Shown here piece by piece: positions 11,921 to 25,544 of a stretch of DNA of 64,000 bases. The notes beneath the pieces are model-generated. The model worked only from the letters and a program-made list of their open reading frames with translations. It searched no databases and was not told the origin of the DNA. Numbering within the stretch: position 1 is the first letter of the stretch; each line of letters opens with the position of its first letter. The position numbers and the translations under genes were made by a program. The DNA is taken from assembly GCF_006345805.1 (NCBI RefSeq), contig NW_021836161.1, positions 4,973-68,972 of the forward strand, in the 5' to 3' direction. The DNA is from Octopus sinensis. Its lineage: Eukaryota.

Positions 11921-11973
11921 TATCACTGACGAAGGGAGGGTTCTTACGAACTAACCCTGAAATCGGTCCGATA
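11921..11973 (+). ncRNA. Minimal type-I hammerhead ribozyme motif (near-intact)
   Basis: tatca-CTGACGA-AGGG(ag)GGTT..AACT(aa)CCCT-GAAA-tcg-GTC-cgata. Confidence 0.75.
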
Positions 11974-12505
11974 TGGTAATAATGGAATTTTTTAGAAATT
12001 TCTTTCGGCTTTTTTTCGTGTAGCGTGATAAATTATATGGTAATGGGAAATATGTCCAATTTTCGGCATGTTTGGCATTAGAAAATGTTTCGTTTGCCCT
12101 TATTTATAAGTTGTATATATATATATTCTTTAGTATATAAACTAAACCTTATTTTAAAAGTATGAAAACTCAGTCATGTTTTTTTAGATAATGTTATAAT
12201 AATAATTATAATTATATACTACCCATTATTACTAAACAGTAGCACTTAGTCATACAAAAATATATAATATTAATTGGTTAATTTACGATACCTTAGATTT
12301 TTTTATTTAATTGTTGGCCGTACGTTATACAATTGTAATTGAAAATTTAAAAATCAAATTTTGAACTTCGTTTTTGGATTTGGTTTGCAAGATTCTTTAC
12401 CTGAGTTCGTGTGTTGAAGCATATTTTGTTGTGTCTTTGGAGAGTCATTTCTTTTTCGTGTCTTATAATGTAACACACTCACCGGTAAATACCGGACAAA
12501 GTCAA

Positions 12506-12545
12506 GACTATTGAAAAGGTTGCAAGAGGCAACGAAAATTTTAGG
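12506..12545 (+). ncRNA. Decayed hammerhead-like motif
   Basis: cta-TTGAAAA-gGTTGC aagag GCAAC-GAAA-attt-tag; core has two transitions. Confidence 0.35.
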
Positions 12546-13429
12546 AAAATAAAAAATAAGGAATAATTGGAAATTTTACCTGTGAGTGTGTTTTACATTA
12601 TAAAGCACAAAAAGAAAATTACTCTCCCCAGACACAATAGAATTGAATTTTGAAATTTAGTTTAAATGTTACGTCCTATATTTAAGAATAATAATAAAAT
12701 AATAGATTTTAAATAATATAAAACGTAACACTTATGTATCCCCAAATATTCGAATTGAGAGTCTAAAGAAGTAACTTACCTGATTGGTTGTTTTCGATAA
12801 TACGTAGATTACATAAATTAAAAAAAGATAAAAGCTTGTTCCTATGATGCATAAATTTCCTGTTCCCCTGACAGTACTATATAAAGGATTAGATACACCA
12901 GTAGAACTTCTTGACATTTATTTGTTGTACCTCCTATACATAGGTATTATCAAACGCGGATTTTACCTTATTTGCAACATGTAGCTATGTCTAATTTTTG
13001 CCGAGGAAAGAAAAGTTAACGTATGTTTTATTTTCGTCTCTATTTTTATTTCATTATTATTCCATTTTTATTTCGTATTTGTTTATTCGCAATTCTTTAT
13101 TTGGAATTTTTACTCGTATTTTTTCTCTTTAAAATTTTTTCTTTAAATGTTTTTTTTTTAATGTTTATTCATTGAGTTTTATTCCTTGAATTTCTATTTT
13201 ATTTTTTTATTCCTTAAATTTTTACTCCTTACATTTTTAATATTCAGTTATTTTTATTTAGTATTTGTATTTTTATTCATATGTACATGTTAAATAAGAT
13301 TATATTGAAGATATAGAGTGACATAGAAGTATATAAGAGATAGGGGTAGCGAAAAATGTTGAGGAATCCAGAAGATTAGGAGTATGTCGACTCGAGAAAA
13401 TATTAAAACTAGATACCTCGTATCTAATC

Positions 13430-13462
13430 AATACCGACGAACTTTCATGAAACACGTATAGT
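13430..13462 (+). ncRNA. Decayed hammerhead-like motif with CCGA core
   Basis: CCGACGA-actttcat-GAAACACGTA-tagt; stems imperfect. Confidence 0.4.
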
Positions 13463-13694
13463 CTTACAAACGAAAAATACAGGATTTAAAATAGATATAG
13501 TTAGTATAAGAATTTAATTTTTAACATTTTATGGAGTGGTCGAGTATAAAACCTTTCAGTGTTGATTGAGTTGAAGGTGGCTCTGTCTCTAAAATTCTTC
13601 AATTTGCAATTTCTTCAATTTAGAGTAAAGAATGAAAAACAATTAAATTATTGAAAGATTAAATGAAAGGTTTTTTAAAAAAATATTGCCATAA

Positions 13695-14782
13695 TTTTCA
13701 AAGGCAAGGGACATTTGCTTTTTTCACACTGCCTCTGTCTCTCCTTTTTACACTTGTGGGTTCTAGGTAGTTAGCAGCAGCTAGTTTGATGTGAATTCTT
13801 TTCCTTGATTGTTTAAGCAGCAGTAGTAGTAGAGAAAGGATGTGGAGGAGAAGAAGAAAAAGAAGAAAGGGCGGGAATGTTATGACCATTGCTGGACGTT
13901 GGTGGAATCCTCTTAAATGGTCAAAAATTCAATCTTCCAAACGCACACCATCATAAAGAGTAAAAGATAGCCCAAATCTATGAAAAGTCTCCTAACACAA
14001 GCCCGAATACGCTCAAGAACAACACTGAAGCTGTCAGTAAAAGAAATGCCGAAGACCTAGCTGTGATATGTGCGGCAACGTAATTGAGGGATCAGAGCTC
14101 TTTTTCAAGCAGGGTCAACATCTCACAGTGAAAAGCAACTTTACATGTGCTTCGGAGAACCTGGTATGTGTATTAAGCTGCTCAGGGTGTTGGGAGCAAT
14201 ACATAGGTCAAATCAAAAATAATCTACGTCAAAGGATGGCTCTGCACAAATCCCTGATCAAAATTCTGAAAAACAGAAAACAGCATTCAGCGAACACATC
14301 TACATTTGCGCCAATAACAAACAACCCAGATTCAGAACATTTCCATTCTATCAATTCAGGGACAATACAACATATAATCAGCATATTAAGAATGTGTTAT
14401 TCTTTATCACAAACTATAGACCACTTTTGAATGCATCTAACACAAATGACACTATCACCAGCGTCTTAGAATAGTACATATGCGAATACTAACAAGGATA
14501 TGTTCAAAACAGTCACTTCAAAACAATTCCAATCACTATTATTCCAAACAGTACGGGTCACTTTTTGGTCACTTGACCATTGAAGAGGATTCCACCAACA
14601 TCCTCCTAATGTCATACCACTCCCGTATTTCTTCTTCTTCGCTACTTCTTTCTCTACTACTGTTTTTGCTTAAAGAAATCAAAGACAAGAATTCATAACA
14701 AACTAGCTTCTAACTAATTAGAATCCACAAGAGTATAAAACAGACAGACTGGTAAAAGGAAAATGTCCTTTGCATTTGAAAA
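13695..14782 (+). mobile_element. Penelope-like element relic: GIY-YIG endonuclease fragment between inverted terminal repeats
   Basis: ORF 14068-14430 NFTCASENLVCVLSCSGCWEQYIGQIKNNLRQRMALHK is the PLE GIY-YIG motif; 13695-13924 is the reverse complement of 14573-14782. Confidence 0.85.
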
Positions 14783-14787
14783 CTATA

Positions 14788-15192
14788 CTCTTTTACTTGT
14801 TTCAGTCATTTGACTGCGGCCATGCTGGAGCACCGCCTTTGGTCGATCAAATCGACCCCGGGACTTATTCTTTTGTAAGCCCAGTACTTATTCTATCGGT
14901 CTCTTTTGCCGAACCGCTAAGTAACGGGGACGTAAACACACCAGCATCGGTTGTCAAGCAATGCTAGGGGGACAAACACAGACACACACACACACACACA
15001 GATATATATATATGTATATATATATATACAAAAGGCTTCTTTCAGTTTCCGTCTACCAAATCCACTCACAAGGCATTGGTCGGCCCGGGGCTATAGCAGA
15101 AGACACTTCCCCAAGATGCCACGCAGTGGGACCGAACCCGCAACCATGTAGTTGGTTAGCAAGCTACTTACCACACAGCCACTCCTGCGCCT
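14788..15192 (-). mobile_element. SINE family A, full
   Basis: Consensus match. Confidence 0.92.
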
Positions 15193-15385
15193 ATGATAAC
15201 AATAATTTTTAAAATATTTCATTTAATTTTTCCACAATTTAATTGTTTTCATGCTTGAAAAACTCCCAAAAGCTGAAACTGGTTTAAAATGTTCTTTATG
15301 ATAAAAAATATTTTAGCATTTTTTACCATATTTTCTTTATGCATATCAACTCGTGCGTTTCTTTTCAACCTTCTACACATATGTA

Positions 15386-15744
15386 TGCGCAGGAGTGGCT
15401 GTGTGGTTAGAAGCTTGCTTCCCAACCACATGGTTCCGAGGTCAGTCCTTCTGTGTGGCTCCTTAGGTAAGTGTCTTCTGCAATAGTGAATTTGGTAGAT
15501 GGAAACTGAAAATAGCCCGTCGTATGAATATGCGTGTTTTCGTGTGTTCGTATGGCTGTGTTTGTTCAACCACAATCGGTTGTCAAGCGATGGTGGTGTG
15601 TTTAGGTCCCCGTAATTTAGCGGTTCGGATAAATGGATTGATAGAATAAATAGTAGGCTTACAAATAAGTTCTGCTGTCGATTTGTTCGACTAAAGGCGA
15701 TGCTCCAGCATGGCCTCAGCCAAATGCCTGAAACAAGTAAAAGA
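15386..15744 (+). mobile_element. SINE family A, full, older
   Basis: Consensus match, more diverged. Confidence 0.88.
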
Positions 15745-15750
15745 ACATAT

Positions 15751-16136
15751 ACTCTTTACTCTTTTACTTGTTTCAGTCATTTGACTGCGGCCATGCTGGA
15801 GCACCGCCTTTAGTCGAGCAAATCGACCCCGGGACTTATTCTTTGTAAGCCCAGTACTTATTCAATTGGTCTCTTTTGCCGAACCGCTAAGTGACGGGGA
15901 CGTAAACACACCAGCATCGGTTGTCAAGCAATGCTAGTGGTACAAACACAGACACACATACATACATATATACGACGGGCTTCTTTCAGTTTCCGTCTAA
16001 CAAATCCACTCAGACGGCATTGGTCGACCCGGGGCTATAGCAGAAGACACTTGCCCAAGATGCCATGCAGTGGCACTGAACCCGGAACCACGTGGTTGGT
16101 TAGCAAGCAGCTTACCACACAGCCACTCCTGCGCCT
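15751..16136 (-). mobile_element. SINE family A, full
   Basis: Consensus match; tail-to-tail with the previous copy. Confidence 0.92.
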
Positions 16137-17829
16137 ATATATATAATATATAGATAGATAGATAGATTTAATCGTGTATGTATGTATAGATGTATTATTT
16201 ATTGACAATGGATCTTGTACAGTTTCCGGTGATTCGCCGACTCTGTTTTAGACGTCTGCAGTACCTGAGAGCATAACGAAGGAATTCCCGGGGGGGAGTG
16301 AGCAGATGAGAAATGTGGCTAAGGTGAACATAGAAAAGAACTTTCTGTCCCTAACTTTGCAAAATGCAGAATTTATTATTGACACTTCATTTGACGTAGA
16401 AGGTGTTACTTGACCACAATTGTATGACCCACAAAGTGCGAACCTGCTTGTTTCTAAATAGATTAATCCAAGACAACCTTCCGTTCATGCAATGCGTCGC
16501 GGAAAGTTTAGGAATTAAGAAACCTTCAGTGAGGCCTTGATCACTTATGATTACTCGAAAGCGTTCGGAATGTTCCACAATCATTTCTTTGCACCTGTGC
16601 TAAAGTGGTTGCTTTCGGACTCGTTTTAAGAGCCTGGATTGCTGCAAGACTTATTGGAATTTGCTTAAAGAACAAGATAGAATGTGACCCACTTCATGGA
16701 ATCTTTTCTCATCTCACGCTCGGGCTATTAGGGATATTCTTTTCGCTTCCCCTCCCCTCACTTTCTCTTGAGAAAGTAAATGAGCTGTTGAGAAATATCC
16801 CTTTCGAAATCGAAAGAAAAAATTTGGTAGGGTAGGTGTCATATTGCCATAATCATACCTGGAACAGTTATAACTAACGAATATAGATAAATACTTTAAT
16901 AGTCCCCAGTATACAGAAAATGTTAAAACCTCTCTACATCTCTTTCGATCTTCTTCTCTATAGCTTCTTATATGTGGGTGAATATAGCTGAGTGTAGAAT
17001 AAAGAAACAGCGTGCAGTAACAAAAAATCTTTGAAATTTTTATAATGAAACTGCTTTTGATGATTAGGACAATGCTATGGATAATTTTATAAAAAAATAT
17101 TTTCGATAAATAAAATATTTGAAAATTCTTCACAATTATCTTCTGAACAGTATGATATATTAAAAACGCACAAATTGTGGACTCCAGCTGGGCTTGAGCT
17201 TTTGCGAAAAAACGAAAACATACTTAGTGACATATTATTTGACATAAATATTTCTGTATCAGTTTTGCTTTTTTTTTTCTCTTGCTCTGCTCCTATTCTT
17301 CTTTTCGTTCTTGTTTTTTTTTTAAATAAAATGTTTTCTGTTTGAACGGAGATTTGAAAAATCACTCAAATTCTCACTGTCTTTCTCTCTTGTAACACTT
17401 TCAATCTAACGCTATATAAAATCTACCTTAGCCACGATAAGTAGGATATAATTTTGATACTTAAGATTACCCTTCTCAAGTGGAGTTGCTGCAAATTGCC
17501 ATTGCATTTAGTAATTATGACACATATCCACAAGAGGGAGAAATATTTTTTTTTTAAATCAGGAATTTATACTGTATGGTATTTTATAGACCTGTATTTG
17601 TCTATGTTGTTGAGATACACGCTCTGGATGCTGAGTTGCTTCTTTTAGCTAGTTTTTGTTTAAGTTATGTACACATGAGTTTGCGTGTTCTGTGGGAAAT
17701 ATTTAGGTGATTATGAATGTCTAAAACCAGGTTGAATGCAATCTTCTGACTTAGATTCAGACGGAGACAGGCGAAATATATGTATATACATGAAACAGTG
17801 TGTATGCATACACAATCTGTGTCAATCAT

Positions 17830-18270
17830 TTCCTTCTCATCACAGACCCTGTACTGTCAGGCAAAATGCTGCTGGAAATTCAATTAACTTTGCTGGGAAA
17901 TGAGTAGCCCGTACCCATTGTTGCTTTATAATCTCGTCACGCATTCGTCCATCAGGTCAGTGGGATGGCTTTATAACTCGTATTTGAATGCCTGAGTAGG
18001 TCTTTGAGAAGGAACTCTTCGAGATTAATGTTAAAGAAATATTTAAGAACAATGGCCACCGTTAAAACGTATTTTGCAATACATTTCTGAAGGACCTCTT
18101 CCAGCTTGCTTAAAAGGTCGCAGTGCAACTACCTGCGATAGATATCTCCTAAGTCCTAACGATCCTCAAATAATCGCTATCGTCATCTCGTCCCACCAAC
18201 GGTTCTTGACCACAAGTTTATACACAAGGTGACGGGAATGTGGAGCACCGTATTACGGTGAGTTTTGTTG
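17830..18270 (+). pseudogene. Probable Penelope-like RT-thumb/GIY-YIG relic
   Basis: ELFEINVKEIFKNNG.PLKRILQY (cf. F.KNGYP..I) and ECGAPYYGE (cf. C..CG..YIGE). Confidence 0.45.
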
Positions 18271-19330
18271 TAGCACGCAAGCGCCTCTGTGTGTGTGTGT
18301 GAGTCGGCAGGTTTGTAAATTGAGCTACGTTAGTTTGTGTGTGTTTGAGTGATGTTACGGTATATACGTACGTGCGCTATAAGGATAGTAACTCCTTGTA
18401 TGTGAGCATTTGTGTAGCGAGGAATACAAAAGACGGTGATGTGGTGAAGACCTTTATGAACATACTTAACTTCTGTGCAATGTAAACGATATTATTTGTG
18501 TGTTAGTACGTATAACGAACAGTGTGTTACGGTTGGAGAACAGTTTGAAGTTGTGCAAAATAATTATCAAAGTTATGGCGTAAAAGTCATAGGTTTGTTT
18601 GTAGGCTTGCGTATAAGAAAAACGAAATTATGGACATAAGGAAGTTCTGAGAAAGCATAAACCGTGGGTTTATAGCGAAGAAGAAAATAAGACAAAAATG
18701 TGGAATGTGTTGCTAGTTCGAATCCCCAAGAACAATGGGGCGTCAGAAAATGGAAGCTGGTAATAGCAGTTACCATAAACGTGATTTTCATGAGGAAATA
18801 GCTCATTTGAGGCAACGAAAGTGATCAGAGAGGCGAAGAGTATATTTGAGCAAATGTGTGTGCAGATGTGCGGAATTGAATGTTTGTGTATCTATGTGTG
18901 TGTTTGTGTGAGTGAGAGAATGTGAGTGCAACAGTCAACCTGGTGAGAAGTCATAGTGGACAACAATTGAAAGAGAAAGATGGTGTATGTTATCACAGTA
19001 TAGGATCGAGTTACCTTTCGTCAAGGGAACATGGACCGTGTATGTTGAACAATATTCAGCAAAGATAAAGAGCTCAAAGTTGCCAGGAACCTATATTGGA
19101 CTGACGTAGACAAATACAGGCATATCAAATGACATACAACATAGGTAATTCGTTTATTAAAATCATCTGAGCCGCTACATGCTTAATTGCCATTCGGTAA
19201 TTATGATAGATCGTCAGAACACGGAAATAATTGTAATAAATCAAGAATGTGCATATAAAATGAACAGGAAACAGAAGATTGGACAGTAGAGGATATACAT
19301 ATATATACATATATATATATTCATGCTTAC

Positions 19331-19415
<85 letters not shown>

Positions 19416-19559
19416 ATGTATGTATGTATATGTGCATTAGTGTACTGGTATGTGTGAGAGCGAATGTATGTATAAAACGTGTAATTGCACATATGTTAAA
19501 CATTTGTTTGTGAGGGTCGGAAAAAGTAACGAGAAAAGATAGCAAGCGTTTGTACGTTA

Positions 19560-20050
19560 AGGGCTGCTACTTTCGGAGCTGATAAGTTGGACTTATTTAG
19601 AATATAAGTTACCCGTTTTTTAGGGTGGATGATGGGCGTGGCTGCTTTTTATCATTTCGTCAGAACTTATCGAAAGAGACGTAAAATTGTTAATTCTAGA
19701 AGTGTGAGGTGGACGATCATTTGTTGATGTCCAAAGAGACTGGAACGGAAATATTAAGAGTGTGCCTAGCTGTTTGCAAATTGCCATTGAGGTCTGTCAC
19801 ACAACTATCGGCATGTCAGCTGGAAATTTGTCAAGTGGAGATAGATACCCAGCATAAACAGGCCGACAGGTTTAGAAGGTGAGTGGGGGTAAAACTGGTG
19901 GTCTTGGTAGTCGTGGGAGAACAGGGAAGTATCGTTCGAGTGAATTGGGCGTTGATTGGGTCTGATGAATGTGGTGGAGTTGGAAGTAAGGGCAATTGAA
20001 ACAGCAGACCCACGAGCGAAAGATATCTGCGTGAAGTACACGGATGAGGA
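19560..20050 (-). pseudogene. Penelope-like GIY-YIG relic
   Basis: CFNCPYF, NSTTFIRPNQRPIHSNDT and CRPVYAG across frames; similar to the 50916-50985 region. Confidence 0.5.
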
Positions 20051-20350
20051 GTGGGGGTCACTATGAGTTTATATGTATATGTATGCTTACTGGTGTTTTT
20101 GGTCATATGTGTTGCAGATGGAGAGACGGATGGAGATATATATAGATACACGTACATAAGTATAATATATATAAATAAATATTTAATAAGTACATATATG
20201 TATATGTACATATATGTGTATGTATATACATATATACATGTAGATATATAAATATATGTACATATATATATAATATATATATAATATATATATGTATATG
20301 TACATATATGTGTATGTATATACATATATACATGTAGATATATAAATATA

Positions 20351-20390
<40 letters not shown>

Positions 20391-20479
20391 AGATAAATAA
20401 AAATATATGCATACATACAAACATATATGTACGTACCTACATCTACATGTATATATACATGCATATATAAATAATTATA

Positions 20480-20880
20480 CGGGAGTACAGGACATCACAA
20501 TAAGACGTAGAAACGGAAAAGCCAAAAAACAAAAAACAAGAAAACGGAAAACGAAAAACAAATACAGGACGAGCTACAAGGACAAAACCCCCGTCATCAG
20601 CTGTCGCTAGAGGAGTCAGGCATGTTTCGAAGGCATAACAGAACACTAATCCAATAGGCCTTCCTGCGAGAGAATTAAAATAAAATTTCAAGCAGCGGGG
20701 CACAATGAGTACGAACACAAACAAGACGTAACAATAAGACTGCAAAATAAAATACATGTACAAAAACAAACACAAGAGGACGAACGAAAAAGCCTTTTTT
20801 CTGGCATAGACAAACAATAAAACTGCAAAAATAAAAATACATGTACAAAAAGTACAATTAGTTACAAAACGAGAAAATAA
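20480..20880. repeat. Interspersed repeat related to 38340-38610, flanked by TA-rich arrays
   Basis: Shared GAGTACAGGACAyCACAA..AGACGyAGAA, TCATCAGCTGTC, GCATGTTTCGAA, CCTTCCTGCGA. Confidence 0.7.
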
Positions 20881-20883
20881 CAA

Positions 20884-21975
20884 GTGTGTGTATATATATA
20901 TATGCATATGTACATTATATATATATGTACTATATACATTTGTGTATGTATATATATATTATATGTATGTATATATATGTATATATACATTATATATATA
21001 TACTACATACATTTGTGTGTATGTGTGTATATATTATGTATGTATATATATATATGTATGTATATGTGCATTATATTATATATATATATACTACATACAT
21101 TTGGTGTATGTGTATATATATATATATATAATATATTATGTGTATATATATATATGTATGTATATGTACATTATATATATATATATACTACATACATTTG
21201 TGTGTATGTGTATATATATATATATATATAATATATTATGTGTATATATATATATATATGTATGTATATGTACATTATATATATATATACTACATATATT
21301 GTGTGTATGTGTGGTGTATATATATATATATATATAATATATTTATGTGTTATATATATATGTATGATATGTACATTATATATATATACTACATACATTT
21401 GTGTGTATGTGTGTGTATATATATATATATATATAATGTGTATATATATATATTATATGTGTATATATATAAGCGAGAAAGAAGCAACAAGAATGGATAG
21501 GTTTTTAGTACAATCGTTTCATACAAGGACAGGCTTTATTAAAAGTTGTAAAAATAAAGCATATAAACGTGTCCGTACTCATCAGCTAAAATATATATAT
21601 ATATGTGTATATATATATATATTATATTATATGTGTATATATATATATATATTATATGTGTATAATATATATATATTGTATGTGTATATATATATATATT
21701 GTATGTGTATATAAATATATATTATATGTGTATATATATATATATTATATGTGTATATATATATATTATATGTATGTATATATATATATATTATATGTAT
21801 GTAATATATATATATTATATGTATGTATATATATATATATTATATGTATGTATATATATATATATTATATGTATGTATATATATATATATTATATGTATG
21901 TATATATATATATATTATATGTATGTATATATATATGTATGTATATGTACATTATATATAATAACTACATACATT

Positions 21976-22023
<48 letters not shown>
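20884..22023. repeat. About 1.1 kb TA-rich compound micro/minisatellite
   Basis: Units such as TATATTATATGTATG and ACTACATACATTTGTGTG. Confidence 0.95.
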
Positions 22024-22028
<5 letters not shown>

Positions 22029-22731
22029 TTACTTAGTTCTAAAGAAGAAATATATAATAGAGAGAGTCAGCCGCTACACCATATCTATGTACACGTCATT
22101 CATATTATGATGTAATGCAGAAGAAAACCCAATGTCAATTTACATTGCTTTAAGTATAACACGGCTCCTATTTAATGCCATAAGTACGAACTAATGCCAA
22201 GCAAACAAACTGACAACAGTTATCTGCCAGCTAGTAGTACTCATAATACTAGCATACGATTGTTGAGGCTGTAGCAATTTTAACTTGATGTCTATCGTAA
22301 TAGGATACATTTTCGATATTATTTCGCTGCAATTAACAATTGCATTTACAGCAAGCGAACGTTGCAACTGGACGCGTTGATGGGCTTTTGTGTACCGAAT
22401 CAAGTATTTGATTGTTCATATCATATCATCTCTACAGAAAAAAAAATAGAACAAAAAACAAAAACAAAATTTTTTAAATGCTGCTTTGAACACAAACCTT
22501 TATGGTTAGAGATTTTGCTAGAAATAGCAGTTCACTAATGCCAACAGCGACACCTTCATTTCAAAGCAACAGAAAAAAAACTTAGTATGTCTTGTGAAGA
22601 ATTGAGCATGCGGTAAAATAATTAGAGTAGCTAAAGTCGGGATGGCCCTGGACGGGATGCCTTCTCTGTGTTTTTTTTACTCGGTCACTTTCCAGCGTGG
22701 GTCTAGATAATAGTGGCTAGGGGAACATACT

Positions 22732-22924
22732 AGAAGCGTAGCTAGGGTGTGACGGGGAACATACGTCCCGGACGACGCTTTTCGGGGCGCAGCAACCTTA
22801 GATTTCCTAGAAAAGCCTGTCGAACATTTGGGTTTCCTACATAAGCCTTTCAAGGTCTGCTGGTGGTGGTGGTGGTAGGGGCAACTAAAGGGCTACTCGA
22901 TTGACGCTCTGTAGCTACGTCACT
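22732..22924. mobile_element. Possible small MITE
   Basis: AGAAGCGTAGCTA at left and TAGCTACGTCACT at right resemble a TIR AGTGGCGTAGCTA. Confidence 0.35.
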
Positions 22925-23323
22925 CGCCAAAAGATTCCAATTTAGTATCAAGTTTAAATGGGTGTACTAGACTTCGGTAGATTTCCTTTGTTACACTGGG
23001 AATCGATTATTTTAAATGATATTAAGGGTAGACGTCTTTTGTCTAACTACTTCTAAATACCAGTATGAGACTGTTTCTCACTTCAAACTTGTCTCTACCT
23101 TTCAGGATTTCGTGGTCGATAAAATGTGCACCAGGTAATCATCGGGGCATATGTAATTAATTTACCCATGCTTGTAAATTCCAGATATTGTGTATATAGT
23201 CGAAATATCATCAGAGAATTTCCACCAATATTGACGACAGTGTGTCTGCACATTTTTCGACTACGTAAGCAATGAAAACGAAATTCATTGAAACCGTGCG
23301 ATGATGATTGTAAATACGGACGG

Positions 23324-23705
23324 GTGGAGGCGCAATGGCCCAGTGGTTAGGGCAGCGGACTCGCGGTCATAGGATCGTGGTTTCGATTCCCTGACCGGGC
23401 GTTGTGAGTGTTTATTGAGCGAAAACACCTAAAAAAGCTCCACGAGGCTCCGGCAGGGGATGGTGGTGATCCCTGCTGTACTCTTTCACCACAACTTTCT
23501 CTTACTTCCTGTTTCTGTTGTACCTGTATTTCAAAGGGCCGGCCTTGTCACTCGCTGTGTCACGCTGAATATCCCCGAGAACTACGTTAAGGGTACACGT
23601 GTCTGTGGAGTGCTCAGCCACTTACACGTTAATTTCACGAGCAGGCTGTTCCGTTGATTCGGATCAACCGGAACCCTCATCGTCGCAACCGACGGAGTGC
23701 TTCCC
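23324..23705 (+). mobile_element. SINE family C, full
   Basis: TSD AAATACGGACGG 23312-23323 and 23706-23717. Confidence 0.95.
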
Positions 23706-24314
23706 AAATACGGACGGACATATTTCACTATGTAATCTTAGACCTAGGCGCTGGTATGGCTGCGTGGTAACAAGCTGGCTTCCCACCACATGGTTATGGG
23801 TTCAGTCCTACAGTGTAGAATCTTCAGTGTCTTCTATCATAGACTTGGGCCGACCAAACCTTGCGAGTGGCATTAGGAGACTGATTATAGCATAGCATAC
23901 ACCTCAACACGATTTCTAGACGTGCTTGCAAATTTTCTGTCAGATTACTCGGGTATAGTGTACAATCAATATAACCAAGAGCTGGGTTTTGTCAAATCTA
24001 TGGTATCTTTGCAAAGCTACAACATGTAGGTCATTACAAGCGTGATGGTCGATTTACTGGTAAAGAAATTAGAGCTTTAGCTGTAGGAAAGAACGGAGTT
24101 CCTCACAGATGTAGAACAGTCATTTCATGGATATACGATAGCATCAGGATTGATCTACCAAATAACATTCTACAATTTAAATATGCTAAAGATATTTCAT
24201 CTACACACTCTTTCTCTCTCTTTGTGTGTGAGTCTCTCACTCCCTTTCTACATTTCTCTCTTTCTCTCCCTCTCTCTCTATATATATGTGTGTGTAAATA
24301 TATACATATGTGTG

Positions 24315-24346
<32 letters not shown>

Positions 24347-24459
24347 ATATTATATTGGTAAAAATGGTATGATAACAAAAAAAGAAAGAGACCTTAATAT
24401 TATGTAAATAGAGGAAATTTATCTGTAAATATAATATGTGACAATTATTCAATAGCCAA

Positions 24460-24520
24460 GATAAAACCCTGAGTTTTGGATGCCGGAGTGGAAATCCACA
24501 ACACCATCTCTTCGGTTATC
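24460..24520 (-). ncRNA. Hammerhead-like motif with CCGA core and G12 lost by CpG-type change
   Basis: Minus strand: GATAA-CCGAAGA-GATG...CATC-c-AAAAC-tcagg-GTT-TTATC; lies between two (TA)n tracts. Confidence 0.55.
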
Positions 24521-24522
24521 TG

Positions 24523-24563
<41 letters not shown>

Positions 24564-24569
24564 TACATT

Positions 24570-24771
24570 GTTGTATTTTGATCCCCTTCGGTCATGAATG
24601 ACCATGGGAATGCACCTAGAATGTTACCCTCCGAGGCACATGTCTGGGCAAGGTTGTTTATGGAAGACCAGCAGTCGCCCATGCATGCCAACCTCGCCAC
24701 TGCACGCCACTGATGTCATCCAAGGGAAAGGCAAAAGCTGATACAGTGGCACCAGTGACGTCGCAGCTCAT
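24570..24771 (-). mobile_element. SINE family D, 3' part
   Basis: Reverse complement matches about 54545-54660. Confidence 0.7.
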
Positions 24772-25061
24772 TTATTAACGTGCAAGTGGCTGAGCACTCC
24801 GCAGACACGTGTACCCTTAACGTCATTCTCGGGGAGATTCAGCGTGACACAGTGTGGGAAGGCCGGCCCTTTGAAATACAGGTACAACAGAAACAAGAAG
24901 AAAGTGAGAGAAAGAAGTGGTGAAAGGGTACAGCAGGGTTCTCCACCACCTCCTGCCGGTGTTTCGTGGAGCTTTAAGTGTTTTTGCTCAATAAACCCTC
25001 ACAATGCTCGGTCTGGGAATCGAAACTGCGATACGACGACCGCGAGTCCGCTGCCCTAACT
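24772..25061 (-). mobile_element. SINE family C, older partial copy
   Basis: Consensus match, lacks the 3' structured tail. Confidence 0.85.
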
Positions 25062-25449
25062 ACTTGTATGCATGTATATACATACAATTTAAATTTATGT
25101 AGGAAATTTATAGTTTGCTTTATAAAGCTCGTTCTCTAGTATTGGCAGTTTCACAACGAAAAGCTATAGTATATTGTTAATGAGGTTACATCCGGGAATC
25201 CATAAATATCCGTAGAGTACGTATTTAAATCATGGAGAAACAAGTGAGAATGGATTCAGGAAACACGCTTTATTGCATAATACTACAATACTTTCATCTT
25301 CACTTTACCAGCAGATAATTGACGAAATATTGTTATATTAAAAATAGATTAAATTTATTATGTTGCATCAATGTTGTTTCAGCAACATTGGCAAATGAAG
25401 ATTCTCCAGGTATGAAGGCAAAGCGCTGGTAAATTAAACTATATTCCGC

Positions 25450-25512
<63 letters not shown>

Positions 25513-25544
25513 TTATTTGTTATGGAATAACAAATACTTATATA

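Noticed and set aside
16215-16270. Minus-strand CTGCAGA...GAAACTGTA hammerhead candidate
   Set aside because: Core mismatch and no stem I.
18050-18270. Host exon ending at a CG|GTGAGT donor
   Set aside because: No long open frame or good acceptor; peptides fit a Penelope relic better.
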